A stretch of DNA of 32,000 nucleotides, from contig NC_003551.1 of assembly GCF_000007185.1 (NCBI RefSeq), positions 1,410,001-1,442,000 of the forward strand. Direction: 5' to 3'. The position numbers were made by a program, and so were the translations under genes. Below are positions 25,198 through 32,000 of this stretch, in pieces; the stretch's first letter is position 1, and every line of letters starts with the position of its first letter. Origin of the DNA: Methanopyrus kandleri AV19. GTDB taxonomy: Archaea > JAADCQ01 > Methanopyri > Methanopyrales > Methanopyraceae. The notes beneath the pieces were generated by a model. The model was given only the letters and a program-made list of their open reading frames with translations. It searched no databases and was not told the DNA's origin.

Positions 25198-26574
25198 TCA
25201 GCGGCGTCGGGTCAGGAGCGACGCCGCGAGCGCCAGTGCCACGACTGCCGGAGTCACCGGGAAGATCTTCCGCTTCTTCACTACGCCCTTGCCGACGCCC
25301 AGCTTCTCGGCCAGCGCGAAAGCCGCCAGCGCGTACGAGGTCGCCAGTGTCTGGCTCCGGTAGCGCAGCTCCGGGCTCCAGACGCTCCGGATGAAGTACC
25401 AGTAGAACGGTAGCCTCAGGCGTTTGGCCTCCAGGTACTGACCGTGCAGTACCTCCAGCGCCTTCACGATCGCCTCATGGTTCGGGTCGATGAGACCCAA
25501 CTTCGCGCACCTGAGCAGCGCGACCAGCGCGGAGGCCGTGCTACCGTAGTCCGGCGGGTACTCGCTCAGCGATCCGCGGCCCCACATGCCCGTCTCCGGG
25601 TCCCGGAGCGAGAGCAGGTAGTCGATCGCTTTCTTGAGCGCGTTCTTCACGCGCTCGACCAGGTCCTTCAGCTCGTCCTCCTTGCCCGCCCGCTGCACGG
25701 CCTCGAGCCAGTCGCAGAGGGCGATCATGGCACGACAGTGTCCGGTCGTGTACAGCGGGTACGGACAACCCGTGTCCCGCGGGTCGGTGTAGAAGTTGCC
25801 CTTCTCGTCCTGGTTGTTCAGGAACCACTCAACGACCTTCAGGATCAGCTCGTCGTCCGGAGACGTTCCGGCCGCCAGCAGCATCCGGAGGCAGTACGAG
25901 GTCACGTCCGTGATACCGTGAGCACCACCCGGACGGTCCGGGTAGTCGATCCAGCAGTAGCCCTTGTCCTCCTTCTGCAGGTTCGGACCCTCACGGAGCC
26001 AGTTGATCACCTTCTCGAGGAACGGCTTGTACTCGTTCCACTTGTCGTCCGGGACGATGCCCGCCTGTCTAGCTCGGAAAAACGGCAGCGCGAACTTTGC
26101 CGTCAGCCCGGCGCTCGGGATCTCCTTACCGTCCTTGATCCTGGCCCAATAAGCCCACTCTCCGTTGGGGTCCTCCTTACGCTGGTACTTACCCTTCACG
26201 TTCCACATGTACTGGAGCGCCTTCAGGACCATGTCCTTGTCGACGGGGTACCCTACCTCGACCGCCGTCAGCAGGGTGTCCATGACCACGTATGTGTGCA
26301 GGTTCGGCAGGCAGTAGTACGTAACGTCCGACTTGTACGACATCGGGAACGCGCCGACGTCCTCCGGCTTTACCTCGTAGGTCGCCTTTTGTCCACTGCG
26401 GTCCTTGTACTCGATCACCTTGCCCACGTCCTCCTCGGTGTACTGCTGCGACTTCAGCCAGTCGTGGGCGGCCCTGGCGCACTCCTGGATCTGCTCGGCC
26501 GTGATGGCAGATCCCGGGGCGGTCGAGAGGGCCACGGTGACAAGGGCGAGTACTAACGGTCTGAGAATTCCCAT
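25198..26574 (-). CDS. secreted alpha/alpha-toroid (prenyltransferase / squalene-cyclase-type repeat) protein with a C-terminal TM anchor
   Basis: 458 aa, with the ATG at 26574. The signal peptide is MGILRPLVLALVTVALSTAPGSA. Repeated toroid-type motifs are present (WLKSQQ…, WLREGPNLQKEDKGYCW, FLNNQDEKGNFY, LLSLRDPETGMWGRG). The C-terminus is IFPVTPAVVALALAASLLTRRR. The gene ends 13 nt before the CobN-like start. Confidence 0.65.
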   Translation of the reverse strand: MGILRPLVLALVTVALSTAPGSAITAEQIQECARAAHDWLKSQQYTEEDVGKVIEYKDRSGQKATYEVKPEDVGAFPMSYKSDVTYYCLPNLHTYVVMDTLLTAVEVGYPVDKDMVLKALQYMWNVKGKYQRKEDPNGEWAYWARIKDGKEIPSAGLTAKFALPFFRARQAGIVPDDKWNEYKPFLEKVINWLREGPNLQKEDKGYCWIDYPDRPGGAHGITDVTSYCLRMLLAAGTSPDDELILKVVEWFLNNQDEKGNFYTDPRDTGCPYPLYTTGHCRAMIALCDWLEAVQRAGKEDELKDLVERVKNALKKAIDYLLSLRDPETGMWGRGSLSEYPPDYGSTASALVALLRCAKLGLIDPNHEAIVKALEVLHGQYLEAKRLRLPFYWYFIRSVWSPELRYRSQTLATSYALAAFALAEKLGVGKGVVKKRKIFPVTPAVVALALAASLLTRRR

Positions 26575-26600
26575 GTAGTATTACCCTCACTCGCTCCCAT

Positions 26601-26624
26601 GTTATTACCAAATAAATTTTATCG
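26601..26624 (-). promoter_or_regulatory. TATA-like box (CGATAAAATTTATTTGGTAATAAC on the minus strand) for the toroid/CobN-like unit
   Basis: This AT-rich patch sits in a 52-bp gap ~35-45 nt upstream of ATG 26574. A GAGGGT SD-like sequence lies between them. Confidence 0.55.
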
Positions 26625-26626
26625 AC

Positions 26627-27610
26627 TTATGTCCTATCTCGTACTAATCTCCATATGATACCCGCTGTCATAAGTAATAGTAATATCGCCGCGGAAACAG
26701 CGCCGAGACTCGGATGGCAGGACGCCTCGAAGATACCGGTAGAGACGACCGGCACCCCGATGGTATCCGCGGCGTACCCGGCCGCGACCGCGCAGAGGGT
26801 GATTCCGACCAAGTAAGCCGCGACGATCCTTCCTCCCAGGAACCGTAGGATAACGGATAGCGTGGCTACGTTGGTCCCGGGTCCGGCCACGGTGAACGTC
26901 AGCATCGAACCTACGGAGGCTCCTTTCGCCACCAGTGCGGCGGCTATGGGGATCGCGGCGACCGAACACACGTAGAGCGGTAGACTTATCAGAGCGGCGA
27001 GGACGGGCCCGAGGAAACCTTCGAGGTATCGTACCGCCGGACTCGGCACCCATAGCTCCAGTAGGACGGAGGCCGCCAATCCTATCAGAAGCCACGGCCC
27101 TACGGTGCCCGATAGCTCCAGAAGCTCACGTGGGAAGTCCTTGAAGGAACGTCCCCGATAGCACGGTCCGTGTTCTCCGCACGATGGGAGTTCTTCCGTC
27201 TCCTCGCTTCGATCCTTCAGAGTGAGCTCGGCCAGATAACCGACTATCACGGCCGCGACTACCGCGGTCAGCACCTTGGCCGCCGTGAAGTACGGTCCGA
27301 GCAGCGCGTAGGCCAGCAGTAGGGAGTTCACGTCGGTTTGCGGGGTAGCCACGATGAAGGCGATGACGGGGCCTACACCGGCCCCACGGTTCTTGGCTGC
27401 TATCGCGAGCGGGAGCACCGAACACGAGCAGAGGGGGAGTGGAACTCCGAGGAGCGTCGCGATTATGCAAGCCTTGAGGCCACCACGCAGATGACGGGCG
27501 AGGTAGCGTTCGGGGACCATCGATTGCAGTGCGGCCCCTAACACGAGACCGATGAGTAGGTACGGAGAAATCTCCGTCAAAAGGCCCACGAACGCTCCGA
27601 GAGGATCCAA
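26627..27610 (-). CDS. DUF318/ArsP-type permease (two-repeat, Cys-motif metal/metalloid permease family)
   Basis: 327 aa with a TTG start and about 8 TM helices. It carries the hallmark LPLCSCSVLPL motif, a second-repeat equivalent PLYVCSVAAIPI, and an acidic Cys-containing central loop. Confidence 0.65.
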   Translation of the reverse strand: MDPLGAFVGLLTEISPYLLIGLVLGAALQSMVPERYLARHLRGGLKACIIATLLGVPLPLCSCSVLPLAIAAKNRGAGVGPVIAFIVATPQTDVNSLLLAYALLGPYFTAAKVLTAVVAAVIVGYLAELTLKDRSEETEELPSCGEHGPCYRGRSFKDFPRELLELSGTVGPWLLIGLAASVLLELWVPSPAVRYLEGFLGPVLAALISLPLYVCSVAAIPIAAALVAKGASVGSMLTFTVAGPGTNVATLSVILRFLGGRIVAAYLVGITLCAVAAGYAADTIGVPVVSTGIFEASCHPSLGAVSAAILLLLMTAGIIWRLVRDRT

Positions 27611-27675
27611 GCGCCGTCCCCCCGACAGTCGGTGGTTCCGAAGCGTACATACAAGGTGGGGGCCGGTGTGGAATT

Positions 27676-27698
27676 CGTTACGATAATTGTAACAATAG
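27676..27698 (-). promoter_or_regulatory. AT-rich box containing the inverted repeat GTTAC-N7-GTAAC upstream of the permease
   Basis: GTTACGATAATTGTAAC (27677-27693) lies in the 110-bp gap between the aroB' stop and the permease start. It is the only AT-rich patch there. Confidence 0.4.
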
Positions 27699-27720
27699 CG
27701 AAAAGCGGGGAAGGAGGAAG

Positions 27721-28929
27721 CTACTTCTCCACGATGGTTTCCTCCACCTCCATCCCGAAGTGACGGCCCTTACCTTCCTCGGTCTCCACGTACGCGAGCA
27801 CCTTGTCACCCGGCTTGAGGTCGACCACGGACACCGGCTCACCGTCCTCGCGTACCAGGTGAATGGTCTCGGCGTTCTGAACTATGGTCTGAATCTCCAC
27901 ACCTTCGTACTCCGCGCGGATGAGCATCAGCGGTCTCCGTTCGATCTTCAGTCGGCCCACCACCGCGGCCCTCGTACGTCCTTCCGTGTCGACTATCAGG
28001 ACCTCATCGCCGGGTCTCAGCTCGGCCAGGTACTTCGTCTTCCCACCGGGCACGCGGATGTAGGCGTGGACCGGACCGGCGTTCACCCGGAAGGGTCGCG
28101 GCTCGACGTACGGGTTCTCGAGGCTCTCGCTATGAATGAGGAACATCCCGCGGGAGGTCGATCCTACGAGCATTCCCTCGCCCTCGGACATGAGCGAGCA
28201 GGTGTCCACGCAGACCCTGTCGCCCTTACCTATCGGTTTGACTTCCTTCACCTCGACCGCGACGAGCTCGAATCGCTCGGCTGCGGCCCGCTCCGCGATC
28301 TCCGCGGTCTTCTTGATCTCGGACGGATCGATACGCTCCGCGTCGAGCAGGACGCCGTCCGAACCCACCTCGAGCGTCTCGAAGGCTATACGTGCCTCCT
28401 CGGCGTCCCGAGCTCCGGCGATGAGCTGCGTCTTCTCACCCTGAAGTTCCGCGATGAGGTTCTCCAGTGGGATGATCTTCCAGTCACGGCCGATCGCGAT
28501 CACGTAGTCGGGACCCACGTTCTTCGCGATCTCCGCGGCGAAGCGCTCGTAAGGCTTGTCCAGGATCTCGACGTACTCGGCGACCTCGAACCCGCGATCC
28601 CGCGCCTTCTCGATGAGCGCGGCGTCGATAGACTCGGATATGTCGTCCGGCAGGTCGATAGAACCGTCTCCCTCGCCACCCTTGCCCACGATCACCACGT
28701 CGGCGTCGATGGCGTCCAGCTCCTCAAGGGCTAGGTCGGGAGAGCCCGGAGACTCCGGCATCAGCGGCACCGCGACCTTAACGTTCCCGAGCTCCTTCAC
28801 GCGCTCTACGTCCTCGGGTAGGCAAACTATCACGTCGACACCGGCTTCGATCGATTCCGTGACGTAGGGCTTCTTCTCGTTCCACTCGCCCTCGAACGCC
28901 ACCGAGACCCAGACCTGCTTGGGCCGCAT
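27721..28929 (-). CDS. aroB': 3-dehydroquinate synthase II (archaeal type)
   Basis: The 402-aa protein follows the MJ1249-family pattern: KQVWVSV…, [60 protein letters not shown]. It starts 6 nt downstream of aroA'. Confidence 0.85.
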   Translation of the reverse strand: MRPKQVWVSVAFEGEWNEKKPYVTESIEAGVDVIVCLPEDVERVKELGNVKVAVPLMPESPGSPDLALEELDAIDADVVIVGKGGEGDGSIDLPDDISESIDAALIEKARDRGFEVAEYVEILDKPYERFAAEIAKNVGPDYVIAIGRDWKIIPLENLIAELQGEKTQLIAGARDAEEARIAFETLEVGSDGVLLDAERIDPSEIKKTAEIAERAAAERFELVAVEVKEVKPIGKGDRVCVDTCSLMSEGEGMLVGSTSRGMFLIHSESLENPYVEPRPFRVNAGPVHAYIRVPGGKTKYLAELRPGDEVLIVDTEGRTRAAVVGRLKIERRPLMLIRAEYEGVEIQTIVQNAETIHLVREDGEPVSVVDLKPGDKVLAYVETEEGKGRHFGMEVEETIVEK

Positions 28930-28935
28930 CTCGAC

Positions 28936-29748
28936 TTACACCCGCTCCAGCTCCTTCATCGCTTCCTCCACTTCCGCGTCTTCATGTATGATCCTCGCGA
29001 TGGCACGGGTCATTGCCTCACGCATGCGTGGGGACTTGTGCGCGAAGATATTACGACCGATGGCAGCACCGGCCGCTCCCGCCTCGATGGCGCCCTTAAC
29101 CATCTCGAGGACTTCCTTTGGTGTCTCCGCCTTCGGACCTCCCGCGATCACCACCGGCACCGGACAACCCTTCACGACCTCACGGAAGGAGTCCGGGTCG
29201 CCCGTGTAGTTGGTCTTTACGATGTCCGCACCGAGCTCGGCGCCTACCCTGGCGGCGTGCTTGACGTACTCTACGTCGAACTCGTCCTCGACCTTCGGAC
29301 CTCGCGGGTACATCATCGCGACCAGGGGCATACCCCAATCCGAGCACCGGGCGGCGATCTCACCCAGCTTCTTGAGCATTTGAGGCTCGTCCTCCGCACC
29401 CACGTTCACGTGCACGCTGACGGCGTCCGCACCGAGCCTTATGGCTTCCTCTACCCGGGACACCAGGACCTTGTTGTTCGGGTCGGGTCCCAACTCGGTG
29501 CTGGCGGATAGGTGGATGATCAGACCGACGTCCCGTCCGTAACCCCGATGACCCGCTCTGACCATACCCTTGTGGAGGAGGACGGCGTTAGCCCCACCTC
29601 GAGCCACGGCGTCGACGGTCTCCTCTAGATCCTCGAGACCCGTGATCGGACCCAGGGTCACCCCGTGGTCCATCGGTACGATCAGGGTGCGTCCGGTCTC
29701 GCGGTTCATTATCCGCTCCATCCGGATCTGCTTACCGATATGCACCAA
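28936..29748 (-). CDS. aroA': 2-amino-3,7-dideoxy-D-threo-hept-6-ulosonate synthase (class I aldolase DhnA family)
   Basis: The sequence is collinear with the MJ0400 family: [94 protein letters not shown]. The start is TTG 29748 or GTG 29745. Confidence 0.9.
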   Translation of the reverse strand: MVHIGKQIRMERIMNRETGRTLIVPMDHGVTLGPITGLEDLEETVDAVARGGANAVLLHKGMVRAGHRGYGRDVGLIIHLSASTELGPDPNNKVLVSRVEEAIRLGADAVSVHVNVGAEDEPQMLKKLGEIAARCSDWGMPLVAMMYPRGPKVEDEFDVEYVKHAARVGAELGADIVKTNYTGDPDSFREVVKGCPVPVVIAGGPKAETPKEVLEMVKGAIEAGAAGAAIGRNIFAHKSPRMREAMTRAIARIIHEDAEVEEAMKELERV

Positions 29749-29754
29749 TCCGGA

Positions 29755-30072
29755 TCACCCCTCCTCGAGCTTCCGGGCCAGGGACTGGTAGCGTTTGGAA
29801 ATGTCCTCGAACTCCCGATTGAGCTCGGACAAACGTCGGGATATCTTCGAGATGCGCGCGGGAGCGTCCTCGGTGAGCACGGCCCCCTTCTTCGAGGGGC
29901 GTATGATCCCTCCCTCCTCCAACACGCGGAGCGAGTACCTGACCTTATGCCACTCCATCCCGGTCACATCCGAGATCCGACCGATCCCGATGGGTTGATG
30001 CTCGGCCACGACCTCCAGGACTTGGACGTGCCGGCGCAGGGTTTCCAGCGCCTCCCTGAGCGACCGCAGCAC
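29755..30072 (-). CDS. small winged-helix DNA-binding transcriptional regulator with a C-terminal coiled coil
   Basis: 105 aa with a GTG start. The wHTH pattern is HQPIGIGRISDVTGMEWHKVRYSLRVLEEGGIIRPSKKG. The gene ends 6 nt before aroA'. Confidence 0.6.
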   Translation of the reverse strand: MLRSLREALETLRRHVQVLEVVAEHQPIGIGRISDVTGMEWHKVRYSLRVLEEGGIIRPSKKGAVLTEDAPARISKISRRLSELNREFEDISKRYQSLARKLEEG

Positions 30073-30105
30073 CCGCGGACCATCCCCTGCTCTGGGCTGT
30101 CAAGT

Positions 30106-30131
30106 GTCACGATTGTGACTACTTAAAATTT
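30106..30131 (-). promoter_or_regulatory. TATA-like box (AAATTTTAAGTAG on the minus strand) followed by the inverted repeat GTCAC-N4-GTGAC
   Basis: The AT box at 30119-30131 overlaps the last codons and stop of the OCD-family gene. The perfect IR GTCACGATTGTGAC (30106-30119) lies between the box and the regulator start at 30072. Confidence 0.45.
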
Positions 30132-31096
30132 CCCGTCGGCAATTCGAACGGCTTTACCTCCACCCCCGCGTCGGTCTTCTTGGCACGCTCGTACGCCAAC
30201 GCCCCGACGGCCACGTCGAGAATGGCGATTCCGGTCGAATCGAACACGGTCAACTCCGAGGAATCGACCTCGGTCTCTCCCCTCACCACATCCGAGAGTT
30301 CGATGAGTTCCTCCGGGTTCAGCTCGCCCCGCTCCACGGGTTGGCTCACGTCTCCCGATTCGACGCACTGCTCGCGGTCGTCGACCACGACCACCGCGCG
30401 CTTCAACAGCTCGGTCTTCACCTCCTGCTTCTCCGGAGCGTCCGCACCGATAGCGTTCACGTGGACGTCCTCCGGAACGTCCTCAGAGCCTAGGTAGGGC
30501 TCGGTGGCGGGGGTGCATGTGCAGACGACGTCGACGTCCAGCCCCGAGAAGTCCAAATTGTCGAGTACCTTGGCGTCGACACCGAGGTCTCGCTCGACCC
30601 ATTCGGCGAGCCTTCGAGCCGCCTCACGTGCCTGGTCGTACACGAACACTGCCTCAAGGTCGAAGACCTCCGCATGCGTGAGGAGCTGGTACCTCCCTTG
30701 TACTCCCGCACCGACGATTCCGACCGTCCGCACGTCTTCGGCTAGGTACTTCGATGCTACCGCCCCGGCCGCTCCCGTCCTCAGCGATGTGATCTCCGTC
30801 GCGCTGACCAGACAAAGTGGCCTCCCCGTTTCCGGCTCGATCAAGCACATGACCGCCATGACCGTGGGTAAGCCGCGATCGGGATTGTCGGGATGTGAGT
30901 TGACGATTTTGACGCCTGCCACACCCAGCTCTGACAGATAAGCGGGCATCACTCTGAAGTCGCCGCCTTCCAGCGGTACGATAGTCTTCGGTGGCATCTC
31001 GCACTCGGGCTTGATCCGAAACGTCTCCTCGACACGTTCGACGACTTCTCTCACGTCGAGAAGCGCTCTGACGTGATCTTCCGAAAGGAACAGCAT
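30119..31096 (-). CDS. ornithine cyclodeaminase/mu-crystallin-family NAD(P) dehydrogenase (archaeal alanine-dehydrogenase-like)
   Basis: 325 aa with the ATG at 31096. Family pattern: FRVMPAY, GVKIVNSHPDNP, GLPTVMAVMCLIEPETG, ITSLRTGAAGAVASKYLA, VGIVGAGVQGR, CTCTPA, VNAIGADAPEKQE. Confidence 0.8.
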   Translation of the reverse strand: MLFLSEDHVRALLDVREVVERVEETFRIKPECEMPPKTIVPLEGGDFRVMPAYLSELGVAGVKIVNSHPDNPDRGLPTVMAVMCLIEPETGRPLCLVSATEITSLRTGAAGAVASKYLAEDVRTVGIVGAGVQGRYQLLTHAEVFDLEAVFVYDQAREAARRLAEWVERDLGVDAKVLDNLDFSGLDVDVVCTCTPATEPYLGSEDVPEDVHVNAIGADAPEKQEVKTELLKRAVVVVDDREQCVESGDVSQPVERGELNPEELIELSDVVRGETEVDSSELTVFDSTGIAILDVAVGALAYERAKKTDAGVEVKPFELPTGNFK

Positions 31097-31195
31097 GGTA
31101 GCCCCGGTAACGTAAAGACTCGATCATGCCTGGAAATCGTTTTCCGGAGTGCTTTGCTCGAAAGTTCGCGGTGGTTCGGGGATAGCGCTCCATCA

Positions 31196-32000
31196 GGTTG
31201 TCCGACGGCGTCACCGGGCTGCGGTGGCTGGTCCTGTACGTGCATTGATGTAGTCGCGATCAGCACCCTCGTTTAACCACTAGTAGAGGGGTAGTCACTA
31301 CTCGACTCCCTGTATTTCACGATCACCGTGATGAGCTCAGGCTACGGGACCCTCGTTCCCCGCACGGAGGCCGGTAAACTGTGGACGATGACGGTCACAC
31401 TGTTGGGCGCCGGCGCCATGTGATGGCTCGTCCTCGCCGCGGTCGAAATCGGTGTGAGAGGCGGACTTCGCGAGTTCCTATACGATATCGACCAAAGGAG
31501 GTGGTTACGGGCCGTGAGGGATCACGTCGTAGTGTGCGGGTTCGGACGCGTAGGGGCCCAGGCTGCCGGGCGGCTCCGCGCCCACGGGTTCGATGTAGTC
31601 GTGGTCGACACCAGCAAGGAGCGCGTGGAACGGGCGAGGCGTGAGGGGTTCGGTGTTCCCTACGGTCGAGGGGAACCTCACCGACCGTCGGACGCTGGAG
31701 CGTGCGGGTGTGGACAGGGCCAGGTTCGTGGTGGTTTGTACGGACTCGGACGAGACCAACGTGTACGTGACGCTGTTGGTCCGCAAGCTCAACCCCGACG
31801 CCCGGGTGATCGCTGTGGCCCGGGACCCGGAGAACGCCGATCTCCTCCCACATGCGGGGGCCGATGAGGTGGTCGACGCCTACCGGGTCGCGGGCGAGGA
31901 GGCCGTGGAACGTGTGCTGGCCGAACACTCGTTCACTGTGACTGTCAGGCACGATCTCGATGAGGTGGAGAAGGAGTGGCGCACGATCGCGTCGAGAACG
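31196..32000 (+). pseudogene. decayed MthK-like K+ channel (pore domain plus RCK/TrkA-N domain), continuing past the window end
   Basis: Pore-helix and filter-like sequence SLLDSLYFTITVMSSGYGTLVP and inner helix KLWTMTVTLLGAGAM-(TGA)-WLVLAAVEIG are followed by the Rossmann motif HVVVCGFGRVGAQAAGRL. In-frame stops occur at TAA 31274, TAG 31292 and TGA 31421. A frameshift at ~31655-31661 separates …REGFGV from PTVEGNLTDRRTLERAGVDRARFVVVCTDSDETNVYVTLLVRKLNPDARVIAVA… A probable further frameshift lies near 31240. Confidence 0.7.

Noticed and set aside
31421-31423. In-frame TGA in the channel gene, considered as a possible selenocysteine codon
   Set aside because: It falls in the inner TM helix. 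TAA and TAG also interrupt the same frame within 150 nt, and frameshifts are present. Decay or sequence error explains it better.
1-32000. Looked for CRISPR arrays, IS/transposase or integrase genes, rRNA, and C/D-box sRNAs (RUGAUGA…CUGA pairs)
   Set aside because: I saw no spaced direct-repeat array, transposase-like or integrase-like ORF, or terminal inverted repeats. The scattered UGAUGA-like strings (e.g. 991, 2176, 3488, 16646) lack correctly spaced D/D' boxes and terminal stems. By-eye sensitivity for small RNAs is low.

Overview
This is a GC-rich (~60%), tightly packed archaeal window in which adjacent genes often overlap by 2-4 nt (GTGA or TTGA junctions). Three lines of evidence point to a hyperthermophilic methanogen of the Methanopyrus kandleri type; this is inference only, since no search was run. 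First, the gene content: cfbD (F430 pathway), the archaeal aroA'/aroB' shikimate entry enzymes, CTP-type riboflavin kinase and primase large subunit. Second, the very acidic, Arg-rich proteins. Third, a tRNA gene with C at position 8 and an encoded CCA. I support about 27 protein genes, mostly housekeeping: partial radical SAM, VIT1, DUF211, cfbD, asd, trpC, priL, ribB, ribK, RIO kinase, NAPRTase, a DGC protein, aroA', aroB' and an OCD-family dehydrogenase. I also support one tRNA-Glu(UUC) interrupted by two insertions, several AT-rich TATA-like boxes that stand out against the GC-rich background, and two decayed transporter genes. The non-routine content is: (1) a minus-strand operon of three overlapping genes, encoding an EF-Tu/SelB-type GTPase without domain IV and an XPD/Rad3-like helicase that appears split into two ORFs; (2) directly upstream, a two-gene unit encoding a signal-peptide-bearing alpha/alpha-toroid repeat protein and a 1942-aa secreted, membrane-anchored CobN-family protein carrying an inserted pair of OB-fold-like modules; (3) an orphan strong promoter-like AT box inside a 450-bp non-coding gap with no protein gene to drive; (4) an MthK-like K+ channel gene containing three in-frame stops and frameshifts. 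All functional calls come from reading motifs by eye, and start codons are often GTG or TTG and uncertain.
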